NCBI GenBank assembly: GCA_963796685.1
Contig: CAWCMR010000010.1
Span: 151,943-215,942, forward strand
Direction of reading: 5' to 3'
Length of the DNA stretch: 64,000 nucleotides
DNA from: an uncultured delta proteobacterium
Lineage (GTDB): Bacteria; Myxococcota_A; Polyangia; Fen-1088
The position numbers and the translations under genes were made by a program. Positions 1 through 9,707 of this stretch are shown here, in pieces; position 1 is the stretch's first letter, and each line of letters opens with the position of its first letter. A model generated the notes under the pieces. The model was not told where the DNA came from. It was given only the letters and a program-made list of their open reading frames with translations, and did not search any database.

Positions 1-281
1 TTGCTCGGCGGCCCAGTCGTAGGCATCGCGCGTTCCCGGCCGCTGCAAGAGCACGGTCCCAGCCGGCGCCGCGATTGCCCGGCCATTGCGGTAGGCGACG
101 CAATCGCCGCTGGAGCTCCAGTCCGGGAAGCGGCGGCCATACCGATTCTGCGCGCTCGCGCCGCCATCGAGGCTTTGCCTTGCCGCTCATTGCCGGCTCC
201 ATCCTAACCCCGCCGGGTGAATTTCGGGCCCGTCTTCGTGACCCGCGATGAGTCTGGAGACGGAAATGACCTATGGGGGCC

Positions 282-719
282 CTATTGTTTGATGAGGAGG
301 TCGGCGCGGGTCAGTGTGAGGGAGGCTGGCTTGCCTTGGATCGACAGGGTCGCGCGCACCAAGGTCGGGCCTGAGCTTGACACGCGGGCTTGGCAGTCGG
401 TTCTGCAGCGTAGTTGATGGGAGTCGCCTATCTCCGAGCGGAAGCTGCATACGCGTGCCGCGTGGCTCAACGGGACGGGTTCGCACGTGGCGTGTCCGAC
501 CAACACGTCCCTCTGGAGCAGGTCGATATCGTACTTTGCCCTGAGGTCGCCTTGATAAGTGGCGTCGAAGTCGATCCAAAAGTGCACCTTCGACTTCGCA
601 TCGAGGTCGACCATGGTCTGGTTCCGTCCCGGCCCCGAAAACCGAACCGTGCCAACCGTGGCACCACAGGCTCCAGGACCGAAGAGAAGAAGGAGCCACC
701 ACCATGGCAAGCACCTCAT
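282..719 (-). CDS. Hypothetical secreted protein or lipoprotein
   Basis: ATG at 719 with GGGGAG upstream; hydrophobic N-terminus ending GPGAC; rest looks beta-rich with several Cys. Confidence 0.65.
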   Translation of the reverse strand: MRCLPWWWLLLLFGPGACGATVGTVRFSGPGRNQTMVDLDAKSKVHFWIDFDATYQGDLRAKYDIDLLQRDVLVGHATCEPVPLSHAARVCSFRSEIGDSHQLRCRTDCQARVSSSGPTLVRATLSIQGKPASLTLTRADLLIKQ

Positions 720-1028
720 GGCCCGAGTATGTCTCCCCTGAATTGGTTTCACAACGTCGGGTTCGGGTGCAATGGTCCGCTACCGAGAGCGCTTCGCCGC
801 GGCAGTACTCCGTCATCGGGACGATTCGTGGCCAGTGTCAGAGACTGTCCCCGGCCTGGGTATAGGGGTCATCGATTGGGTGTGTGGGACATGTAGGTTA
901 CGTAACATCCCTTTATCGGCGTTTTTGCTGGTGAAGGCAAAACGGTGCTTCAAATACCTACGCTCAAATGGCTGTCGTGAACACCGTTGGTCGGTGTGGC
1001 TCCCGCGCTCTTCACGGTCAGGGCGCGT

Positions 1029-1424
1029 TCAGGTAGTCCACCGGATGCGCACTTCAGGATAGCGGCAAATGGTCTCGTCTTTGGTCGCGAGCTCTGCGTT
1101 GTGTTCCAGGGCCGTGGCGACGAGGACACGGTCGATTGGGTCCTTGTGAATGTCGGGGAGAAATGCCGAGCGTGCAGCGATCCTTGGTGTAAGCGGCAAC
1201 AGCAGAATGCCCGCGCCGTCGATGGCTTTGAGAAAGAACTCATCGATCGGAACTGGCAACGCCACGCGGCCTTTCTTGGACAGCCACGCGACCTCAAGGC
1301 AAGACACCGATGCAACCGCAATGGGATCGGGCGAATTGCTGATGAGGTTGCGCATGGCCTGCGGCAACTCGGACGCGTCACCGCGTATCCACCACAGCCA
1401 GGTGTGGGTGTCGAGAATGATCAC
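1029..1424 (-). CDS. vapC: PIN-domain toxin, VapC family
   Basis: ILDTHTWLWW, SVSCLEVAW, HKDPIDRVLVATA and LATKD motifs; GTG start overlaps the upstream stop (GTGA). Confidence 0.9.
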   Translation of the reverse strand: MIILDTHTWLWWIRGDASELPQAMRNLISNSPDPIAVASVSCLEVAWLSKKGRVALPVPIDEFFLKAIDGAGILLLPLTPRIAARSAFLPDIHKDPIDRVLVATALEHNAELATKDETICRYPEVRIRWTT

Positions 1425-1642
1425 CCGGTGATATTCCAGTCCTGCAAATCTATCGCGGGTCCTACGACGTCGCCCGTGATCCGCAGTGCCGAGAGCTCGG
1501 GCGGGGGGGTGCGAACGCCTGCGGCCCTCTCCGGGTCGAGAACCAGGAAGATGGCTTCCACCTTGGCGTGCGGGGGCAGCGGTGGCACGGCGCCAAGCCG
1601 CCCATTCTCGTCCGTCTCCAGCAATACCCTGTGCGCTTGCAT
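1421..1642 (-). CDS. Putative antitoxin (73 aa)
   Basis: Small gene translationally coupled upstream of the PIN toxin; C-terminal ITGDVVGPAIDLQDW resembles antitoxin tails. Confidence 0.75.
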   Translation of the reverse strand: MQAHRVLLETDENGRLGAVPPLPPHAKVEAIFLVLDPERAAGVRTPPPELSALRITGDVVGPAIDLQDWNITG

Positions 1643-1667
1643 AGATAGAGCGTAGCACGCGACTTGG

Positions 1668-4600
1668 TTACAGCCCAGATTCGAGCACCTGGGCAGAACG
1701 ATGGATGCGCCTCGGCGGCGGCTCGAAGCTCAGGCCCGGTCCAGACCCTGGCAACGCGCAGCGCCATCGTGGTGGGGGCAACGTCGTGGTGGCCCCTGGC
1801 CCGGGGTGGTCGAGGTGAGCCGAGGCAAGCCGGGCCAGCGTTTGTTCCTCGCGCGCCTCGCGTATCCACGCTCGGTCAAGCACTCGGAGAGCGCCATCCA
1901 CGTCTCCACGGGCAACATGCCTGTCTGCTTGGTGTGCGGCCCACACCAGCCCCGTCAGGCCGGGGCCCGTGTCCAAGTCTGGCGGTGCTGTCTCAGACTG
2001 TCCGGCAACCAGGGCCGAAGCCAGCTCGCGAAGGGACTCGATGTGACAGTGCTCGTCCGTCGGTGTGGCCGACCAGATCTCCCGCGCCTCCTCTGGCCTA
2101 TTCAGCTGGAGAAGAACGAGTCCCTGTAGATGGAAGAGGTGCTCGCGCATGTGTGCATCCGCCGTCTCTGCCAGCAGGATGTCCCCGGTCCATCGACCCG
2201 CCTCGGCGTCGCGCTCGACGCCCCCGAGGCGCACATGGATGTCCCTCGGGTAATGCTCCTCTGCGAAGCGAAGGATTCTCGTTGGCCGTGTCGTCGTTTT
2301 CGGCATCTTTCAGGAGTCCAAGAAGAAGGAGCATTGCCGCAGGTGAATCGGCCGAACGGCAGCGCTCCATGGCCCACGCCGGGCGACGTGCTTCGGGGAC
2401 CTGGTAGAATTCCCTTTGCAGGGCGTCGTGCATCTTGGAATCAGGCCTTGGCGAGCACCACAGCGGCCATTCCATCATGGGTATCGCGATGAAGTCCATG
2501 GCCTCGCCGACGAAAGTCGGTGCCGTCTTGCCCAGGCGCGTGAGCTCTACGCCCTTGGCAATTCTGCGAAGCGCGACGGCAACCGTGGCGGCCTCGTCCT
2601 GAAGGATGGTGCAATGGCCGTGGGTTGGCGAGTCCGAGCACACCGTGAGGGTACCTGCCTCCTCTCGAAGCACGACGAGGTGGTCCTCGACGTCTATTGG
2701 ATCGCAATAGCAGACGTACGTCCGTTGGTCGGGGAGAACGGTCGCAATGGTCGAGATTCTCTCCCCATCGCCGGAAAGGCTGACATGGGAACGCAGCGAA
2801 CCTTGAGCGGCCGTGGCAAACACATCGATGGTCACATTCGGCGCTTCCTCTGTGCAGGCCAGCGCAAGAAAGCCCGTTCCCGATGGATGTCGGGCGATAT
2901 CAAGGACGCGATAGCAGGGTGGTAGCGACACGACAACGAGAGATGCTCCGCGAACTCCCGCGACACGCGCAGCCTCGTTGGCATAGATCGCGCGGGCTAC
3001 CAGAGGTGGTGCCGTTCCGGGAATTTGCCCAACGTGCGTGTCCTTTCCTCCCTCTCGTAGCACTCGGTTGTCTTCGACGTCGATCACGTAGCTGTGTTGG
3101 ACATCGTCTCGTGGGCGCTCCGTGGTCTGCAGCCACACCACGCTATCCTGCGGGATGGCGATGCCCCCTTCGAATTGCGCGCCAGCAGGGATATGGGGCT
3201 TGAGGGAACACCAGCGTCTCGGCAACCAGTCGTCGCACGAGAATTCCAGGAATTGGAAGCCATCACCGATGATCCATAGACAGTTGCCCGCCAGCCCGTG
3301 GGCGGCAAATCCAAGGGGCTCAGGCGCGCGCAGGATCAGCACGCGCTGTATCTCGCCAGACTCCACACCGACGATTCGCACGAAGACCAGCCTGCCCCGG
3401 ATGGACGCGAGCACGGCGGAGTGGCCACCTGGTAGGAGGATGATCTCCACGCCATCGTTGCTGCCACGTGGCCAGGTCATTTCGGGAGCATCGCTGGCGC
3501 GTAGCCCAGGGCCAGGCCGATGATCCAGGACAACCCAAGCCTTGCGCAGCGGCGTCTCAGCCTCGGCAAGCCGTGCCTGCCAGGCGTGCATCTCCTTCGT
3601 CGTGCCGCCCGCATCCAACAGTCGAATGAGGAGCCGCCGTGCGCGGATGAAGTCACCCGTTTGGAAGTAGAGCTCCTCGGCCGTCTTCTCGGCGAGATGA
3701 ATTGCGGCATCCATCTCTGCCGCAGTCTTCGCCTCTGCGCCGAGCGATCGGGTCGTGGCGAGGGCTTGTCGCGCGCGTTTGAATTCGCCTGCGTCGATAG
3801 CCGCTCGCACCTGGGCCAGTGCGGCCATCAGCTCTTCCCTTCGGGCAACGGCCGCAGCCTCCTTCAGAACCCGCCGCGCGGGGACGCTGCCTGGATGTTC
3901 CGCCACTATCTGGCGTGCAAGATCCACTGCATTCACGAGCTTGTTGCTTGCGACCATCTCTTCCAGCTCGGCCTCGCGTGGTTTCACCGCCGCGGCTCGC
4001 GCCTGCGCCAATCGCTCCTGCAGGACGACCAGGTCCGGGTGGCCTGCAAAGGCCTGCCGGGCTCGATCCATCGCCGCAGTCGCGTAGGCAAGGTCACCGG
4101 CGACGATCGCCGCGGTGGCGAGTATCCGGTGGACTTCGCCGGCGGGTTCATTTGCCAGCTGTCGCACCCACTGCTCGGCTTGCTCTCTCTTGCCAGCGCG
4201 GGCCGCCGCGAGCGCAAGAGGGGCCAGCACATCGGGAGAATCCAGCAGGCTGGCGTCCAGAGAACCCGCCAGATCGAGCGCCTCGGCGTCGAGGCCAAGC
4301 CGATTGACCAGCAGGTCGAGCAAAGCGCATAGGGGCTCCGGTGCCAAGGGCGCCGCAAGGCGAGCCTGCTCGAAGGCCTGGCGTGCGGCGTCGAAATCGT
4401 ACTCATCGAGCGCTCGTTGGCCCTGGTCGAGGTCTTCCTCGATTGATGACCTCGAATGGGCGAGGTTCTCGCTGGATCGTCGATGGGGAACCTCGACCAG
4501 GGATTTATCGTCGTCCGGGCCCAGGTCAAGCTGCATCTGTACCCAGGATCTGGCCTCGTCATCGAGGTCGGCGATCATCGCGTGGCTCGCCGTAACGCCA

Positions 4601-4926
4601 AGATACCTGTGGCGAAGAAGGACAACCCCTTCATCCTCGCTCCGTTCGATCACGAGCTCGGCGCGAAAGCGTTGCACCAGCAGACTTTGCAGCTTCGACT
4701 TGACCGCATACCGGCGCTCGGCCTCACGTTTCGATGCGTCTTTCCCCGCCACTGGTGGCGGGGGTGGAAGTCCCGTACTGTGCATGTTACCTGAGGGTAT
4801 GCATTGCGACGACCCGCTGTCGTGCAATCCTGGGGACTTACAAGCAACCGTTGGAGACGCAGGTCCGCCGGACCCAGGCGGGGCTGCGGTTGTCTGCAGC
4901 GGCACTTGGTCGGATGGCATTCCCAT
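1668..4926 (-). CDS. Large TPR-like helical-repeat protein, split by one extra base at about 2274-2278
   Basis: ORFs 2098..4926 and 1668..2306 join (…TANE|ILRFAEEHYP…) if GAATC is read as GATC; Ala/Leu-rich helical repeats flank a beta-rich middle. Start uncertain. Confidence 0.6.
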
Positions 4927-4998
4927 TCAACCGCCTGGCTCATCCGCTGATGGAGGTGAGTACCCGCGGACTGGGTTCACGGGACTGGGTTCACGCCA

Positions 4999-6162
4999 TC
5001 ACCCTTCTATTGCTCGCAACCGGTCGAGTATCCGGGGAAGCTTGAGGTAGGGCACGAACTCGACCTCGATTTCGCCGAAAGAGCGCTTGTGCTCGTTGGT
5101 GTCACGGAACGTGACGACCAGGTTCCGTCCCCGGGGATGTCTCCTACGAAACGCCATCAAGCTCGTCGGGTCGAGCTTCTGGGCTGCGCTCTTGCACTCG
5201 ATAGCAACCACATCACGACGTCGGGCGACCTTGAAGACGAAGTCTACCTCATGCTGCTGCTTGTCGCGCCAGTAGTGCAGGCGCGAGACCCCGAATCGAG
5301 CGGCGATTTCACCCAGCACCAGGTGTTCGAGAAGTTGGCCGCGGTCCTCGTCGCGCAACGAGTCCCAGCCACGGTGATAGGCGACAAAGCCAGTGTCGAA
5401 CCCGTAGACCTTGGGCTGAGTCCTGATCTCGGCGGCACCGCCTCCGTGGTAGGGTCGGATCACTGTGGCAAGCAGCGTGGTCTCGAGGATCGACAGATAG
5501 CTCTGCACAGTCGTTCGCGATACCTCGCAGGGAGCCGCGAAGGCCTGAGCCTCGAATAGACCGCCACTTTGCGCGAAGATGAGCTCGGCGAACTTCATGA
5601 AGGCCGCGCGTTTGTCGACGACGAAGAGATCCGAAAGATCCTTCGCCCAGTAGGAGCTCATCCACTCTTCGTAGTCCTTGTCGTCGACGCGCGGGGCGAG
5701 AAAGAACGGTGGCAGCCCGCCGTGCAGCATGCGCCGGTCGAGGTCTGCGCTGCCGAATGCTTCGAGGTCGGCGGCAATCATCGGCGTAAGCCATACCTCA
5801 CGCTTGCGTCCGGCAAGCGTATCCTTGAATTTTCGCTTTGCCGCCAAGGTCGATGACCCAGTGGCGACAACGCGCACCTTGGGAAAGTGGTCGGCGGCGA
5901 TCTTCAGCACCTCGGAGGGATTCATCAATCGATGGATTTCGTCGAGAACGACCAGCGATCCGGCAGGCTGATCGCGCCAAAACAACTCGGGCTCCTCGAG
6001 CGCACGCCGTACCCGGACGAGCTCGCAGTCGAAATAGCGTGCCCCTGGCAGGGAGCGCGCAAGTGTCGTCTTGCCGACGCGACGGACGCCGCCCAGCCAA
6101 ACCACGGATCTCGACCCGAAGGCGGCCTCCATTTCGCGCACCCAAAAGGCTCGATTGGCCAC
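4999..6162 (-). CDS. AAA_14 ATPase with DUF4143 C-terminal domain
   Basis: Walker A GVRRVGKTT, Walker B LVVLDEIH, TGSS, KVYGFDTG and YWRDKQQHEVDFV…IECK (PD-(D/E)XK-like); GTG start at 6162. Confidence 0.88.
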   Translation of the reverse strand: MANRAFWVREMEAAFGSRSVVWLGGVRRVGKTTLARSLPGARYFDCELVRVRRALEEPELFWRDQPAGSLVVLDEIHRLMNPSEVLKIAADHFPKVRVVATGSSTLAAKRKFKDTLAGRKREVWLTPMIAADLEAFGSADLDRRMLHGGLPPFFLAPRVDDKDYEEWMSSYWAKDLSDLFVVDKRAAFMKFAELIFAQSGGLFEAQAFAAPCEVSRTTVQSYLSILETTLLATVIRPYHGGGAAEIRTQPKVYGFDTGFVAYHRGWDSLRDEDRGQLLEHLVLGEIAARFGVSRLHYWRDKQQHEVDFVFKVARRRDVVAIECKSAAQKLDPTSLMAFRRRHPRGRNLVVTFRDTNEHKRSFGEIEVEFVPYLKLPRILDRLRAIEG

Positions 6163-6280
6163 GTCACTATACTTGCATATGGTCAGACCAAACGCAAGCA
6201 TGATGGAAGAGAAGTCCGCGCAGGCGCCTGGCCTTGGCGCGCCCGTGCCATGGGAGTACTCTGAGAAGCGAGGAGGCCCC

Positions 6281-6712
6281 ATGACTTGAGCGTCGAAGAC
6301 ATCTGCGTTCCTTCTTGTTCTTTCTCTCGTTCTCGCTGGCGGGTGCGGCGGGGGATCGGCGGGCGGAAACGACGGCGGCACTCCCTCGGGTACCACGTCC
6401 GGGGTCACCGGGACGAAACGCTTGCCCGATCTGACTGATGCGGACAGGAAGGCCATCTGCGACTGGACCGCCAGTCTCTACGGTGGCTACGGGAAGGCGA
6501 TCGATTGCGGCAGCAGCGGGGGTGTCTCTCTCACCATCACCGGGCCCGCAAGCCAGGCCGACTGCCTTGCCGAAGCCGCGTTGGTCCCCGCCACCTGCCA
6601 GGCCACGGTTGCGCAATCCGAGGGATGCGTGAAAGCCATTGCGGGCTGCGACCAGACGAATGATCCGACCGCCTGTGCGGCTATGGCGAGGTGCCTGCCC
6701 ACAGGGCCGTGA
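6281..6712 (+). pseudogene. Cys-rich lipoprotein gene with an in-frame TGA at codon 3
   Basis: AGGAGG RBS, ATG ACT TGA, then in frame ASKTSAFLLVLSLVLAGGC (lipobox), continuing into ORF 6422..6712. Confidence 0.65.
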
Positions 6713-6740
6713 GGGGGGCGACGTAGGCGCGACTTCTCTT

Positions 6741-6797
6741 CCCCTCACCGGCCGCGCTTCGCGCGTCGGCCTCTCCCCGCGTGCCCGCGGGGCGAGG
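6741..6797. repeat. REP-like palindromic element between convergent genes
   Basis: CCCCTCACC…CCTCTCCCCGCG-tgcc-CGCGGGGCGAGG double hairpin; related degenerate copy at 18028-18069. Confidence 0.55.
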
Positions 6798-6935
6798 CGA
6801 TAGGGCCGCTGCGCGGCCGCTACAAAACAGCGTCCGGGCTCAGAGGCGGGCTCTCAGGACCTTGAAAGGGCTGGCCTTGAGGGCACGAAGACTACGGAGC
6901 GATCCAGGCCTGGCCGTTCGTTGTTTGTAGCCCAC

Positions 6936-7778
6936 CTACTGTCCGGTTGCCGCCTTACGGCTGGACCTGAACAAGAGCAACATGATGAGCGGCAGTACCA
7001 GGGCGAGGGGGGCGTGACCGGCGAGAAGGTGCGCGGGTGAGGCATCGGGGCAATGAAGCTCGAGGCCGATCAGCCCCGCCAGGGCGCCCGCGGTCGCGGG
7101 CAGCAGCCAGAAGCCGGGGACGCGTCTTCCGCGCCGGCCCAGCAGGGCCACCATGGCGATGACCGGCAGGGCGATGGCGCTGCCGAAGGCGAAGCACGAG
7201 GCCGCGCGGAAGAGCGCCCCGTGGCCGGCCGGCGCAGACAAGATCGGCACGGTTCCCACGACGATGGGCAGGGCGGCGATCATCCAGGGCAGGAGCAGGG
7301 CGGCGGTGAGGATGATGAAGAGCGTCCGAGCTCGCGGCTGCACCTTGTGCATGGGGCGCAGCCACAACCAACACGTCGCCAGCGCCATGACCAGGAGCCC
7401 GGCGATCTCGCCCCCCAGGCGAGCGGCCGGAAAGAAGCCGAGATCGGGTCGATGCTTGGCGAGCCCGACCACGACGGGGATGAGCAAGCCCGCACCGGCG
7501 AGCAACCACCGCGTGCGGCTGCCCAGGCTGCCGATTCGGGCGGGAAATCGTCGTTCGCCGGCAAGCAGCCGTTCGATCTCTTGCTCTTGCTCCTGGAACG
7601 AAGGCGCCGGTGGGGTGTCGCTGGCCGGCATCTCGGCGTCGGCGAGAAAACGGGCGAGAGAGCCGTTGTCCTCGACCAGATCTCGGCACGCCGGGCACTC
7701 GTCGAGATGGCGCTTGGCCTCCGGCGAGGCGGCGTCGCCGCCGCCCAGGACCCTTTGCCTGATCTGCGCGCAGTCCAT
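6936..7778 (-). CDS. Membrane anti-sigma factor (N-terminal ZAS zinc motif plus NrsF/DUF1109-like TM domain)
   Basis: HLDECPAC motif, about 6 TM segments, conserved Cys in ASCF and LELHCP…H; directly downstream of the ECF sigma gene. Confidence 0.82.
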   Translation of the reverse strand: MDCAQIRQRVLGGGDAASPEAKRHLDECPACRDLVEDNGSLARFLADAEMPASDTPPAPSFQEQEQEIERLLAGERRFPARIGSLGSRTRWLLAGAGLLIPVVVGLAKHRPDLGFFPAARLGGEIAGLLVMALATCWLWLRPMHKVQPRARTLFIILTAALLLPWMIAALPIVVGTVPILSAPAGHGALFRAASCFAFGSAIALPVIAMVALLGRRGRRVPGFWLLPATAGALAGLIGLELHCPDASPAHLLAGHAPLALVLPLIMLLLFRSSRKAATGQ

Positions 7779-7837
7779 GTCAGCCTGTCTCGCGGCATCT
7801 TCCCACCGCTCGGGATTTCGTACATCCTCGAATCATT

Positions 7838-7864
7838 CATACGAAAGACTCCCGGCATGGTTAC
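7838..7864 (-). promoter_or_regulatory. ECF sigma promoter upstream of the anti-sigma gene
   Basis: Minus strand GTAACCA-N14-CGTATG, overlapping the sigma gene TAA; both boxes identical to the motif at 8488. Confidence 0.7.
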
Positions 7865-8436
7865 ACCTCGCGACCAAGATCCAGGTTTTCGCGCAGGCGC
7901 GTGTAGGCGCGGTGGGCGCGAACCTTCACGGCGCTGAGCGATACGCCGAGGGTCGCGGCAACCTCGGGCAGGGGAATCCCGCCGAACCAGTGCAACTCCA
8001 CCACCTGGCGTTGATCCGGGGAAAGCGTCGCCAGCGCGGCGTGCAAGCGCTCCGCCCGCCGCCGTCTTTGCAGCACGTCGGCTGGCGTGTCGGCATCGAT
8101 CTGCGGCGGCGCTTGCTCGATGGGCTCTTCGCGCCTGCGGCCGACGGTGCGCCAGCGATCCCGTATCAGGTTGTAGGCGATGGTGAGCAGCCACGGTCGC
8201 AGCGGCTCGCCCGTACGGTAATCGTTGCGGGCGCGGTGGAGCTGCAGAAAGGTTTGCTGGACCAGGTCGCGGCTCTCGTCGTCGGATGCGACCTTGCCGC
8301 GCACGACGCGGGCGAGCAAGGGGGCATAGCGCGCGAATAGCTGGCGAAACGCGTCCTGGTCACCTCCGACGTACGCGGCCATCAGCTGCTCATCGCTGAC
8401 GCCCGCCGACTGGGTTGGATCTTCCAATTCTCCCAT
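7861..8436 (-). CDS. ECF RNA polymerase sigma-70 factor
   Basis: [33 protein letters not shown] and region 4 [20 protein letters not shown]; ATG at 8436. Confidence 0.93.
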   Translation of the reverse strand: MGELEDPTQSAGVSDEQLMAAYVGGDQDAFRQLFARYAPLLARVVRGKVASDDESRDLVQQTFLQLHRARNDYRTGEPLRPWLLTIAYNLIRDRWRTVGRRREEPIEQAPPQIDADTPADVLQRRRRAERLHAALATLSPDQRQVVELHWFGGIPLPEVAATLGVSLSAVKVRAHRAYTRLRENLDLGREV

Positions 8437-8487
8437 GCTTCGCAGCGTGGAATCTACCCGTACCGCGGCTCGTCGCCCACCCAAAGC

Positions 8488-8514
8488 GTAACCAAAGCCG
8501 GATCCGGCCGTATG
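8488..8514 (+). promoter_or_regulatory. ECF sigma promoter for msrBA-dipZ
   Basis: GTAACCA-N14-CGTATG about 70 nt before the msrBA start; resembles the GTAAC…CG(T/A) promoters of SigF/EcfF-type ECFs. Confidence 0.72.
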
Positions 8515-8585
8515 CACCGATGGACGACCGTTCTCGGAGCTGGCACCGACGAACAGGCGTTCGTGGCATCCAAAAGGAGAGGACG

Positions 8586-9686
8586 ATGACAAAGGCAACA
8601 AAAGCGGAGCTGGCAGGTCTGATTTCAATCGTGGCGGTCGTGGTGGCGGGCCTGGCGACGGCGCTCTACGCGGCCACGACCGGCGGCCATGCCCGCGCGG
8701 TCGCCCTCAACCAAGGCGTGGCCTGGGAGCCGGGAGCGAGCTGGAGCAAGGAGACCCGAGTCAAGCAGCTCTCGCCGATTCAGTACCAGGTCACCCAGGA
8801 AAGCGGTACCGAGCCGCCCTTCCACAACGAGTACTGGAACAACCACCGGCCGGGCGTTTACGTCGACGTGGTGTCGGGCGAGCCGCTCTTTCTATCGAAG
8901 GACAAATTCGATTCGGGCACCGGCTGGCCGAGCTTCACCCGACCCATCGAGCCCGGCCACGTGGTGACCAGGACCGACGATTCGCTGTTCGTCACGCGGG
9001 TCGAGGTTCGCTCCGCCCTTGCCGATTCGCACCTCGGACACGTCTTCGACGATGGTCCCGCGCCCACCGGGAAGCGCTACTGCATCAACTCGGCAGCGCT
9101 GCGCTTCATTCCCGTCGAGCAGATGGCGGCGGCGGGTTACGGCCAGTATCTGCCCATGCTGGGCGTGGCCGCGCCCGTCGCGGCGAGCGCGGACCCCGGC
9201 AGCAAGGCCGTGGCGACTCTGTCGGGCGGCTGCTTCTGGGGGGTGCAGGAGCTGATTCGCAAATTGCCCGGTGTGTTGGAGAGCACCGTGGGCTACACCG
9301 GCGGCACGACCGAGAATCCCGACTATGAGCAGGTTCATACCGGCACCACCGGCCACGCCGAGGCCGTGCAGATCGTCTTCGATCCCAAGGTCCTCTCCTA
9401 CGAGAACCTTTTGCGCTATTTCTTCCGCCTGCACGACCCCACCACGCTCGATCGTCAGGGCAACGATCGGGGAACGCAATACCGGTCTGCGATTTTCTAC
9501 CACAACGAGGAACAGCGGCGGATCGCGGAGCGCGTGAAGGCGGAGGTCGATCGCTCCGGCAAGTGGCCGGCCAAGGTCGTCACCCAGATCGTGCCGGCGG
9601 GGCCGTTCTACCCCGCCGAAGACTACCACCAGGACTACCTGCAAAAGCACCCGGGTGGTTACACCTGTCACTACCTGCGCGACTGA
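8586..9686 (+). CDS. msrAB: Exported bifunctional methionine sulfoxide reductase (MsrB then MsrA)
   Basis: N-terminal signal/TM; MsrB motifs [17 protein letters not shown] and RYCINS; MsrA motifs [14 protein letters not shown] and GYTCH; RBS AAGGAG. Confidence 0.93.
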   Translation: MTKATKAELAGLISIVAVVVAGLATALYAATTGGHARAVALNQGVAWEPGASWSKETRVKQLSPIQYQVTQESGTEPPFHNEYWNNHRPGVYVDVVSGEPLFLSKDKFDSGTGWPSFTRPIEPGHVVTRTDDSLFVTRVEVRSALADSHLGHVFDDGPAPTGKRYCINSAALRFIPVEQMAAAGYGQYLPMLGVAAPVAASADPGSKAVATLSGGCFWGVQELIRKLPGVLESTVGYTGGTTENPDYEQVHTGTTGHAEAVQIVFDPKVLSYENLLRYFFRLHDPTTLDRQGNDRGTQYRSAIFYHNEEQRRIAERVKAEVDRSGKWPAKVVTQIVPAGPFYPAEDYHQDYLQKHPGGYTCHYLRD

Positions 9687-9707
9687 CCCGACTGAAAGGA
9701 GCCTGCC

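Noticed and set aside
195-790. Integron cassette around the 282-719 gene (GTTGTGA upstream and GTTAGGA downstream on the minus strand)
   Set aside because: No matching RYYYAAC left half or full attC palindrome could be built, and no integrase is present. IntegronFinder on the flanks would settle it.
1645-1671. Third GTAACCA ECF promoter upstream of the antitoxin
   Set aside because: The -10 box CGTATG is absent at the 14-nt spacing.
4968-4995. 14-bp tandem duplication GGACTGGGTTCACG x2
   Set aside because: Only two units; most likely slippage, like the short duplications in the anti-sigma (QEQEQE) and LhgO (GSDAGSDAG) genes.
6287-6289. Selenocysteine TGA
   Set aside because: The position lies in the n-region of a signal peptide, not a redox motif; no convincing SECIS.
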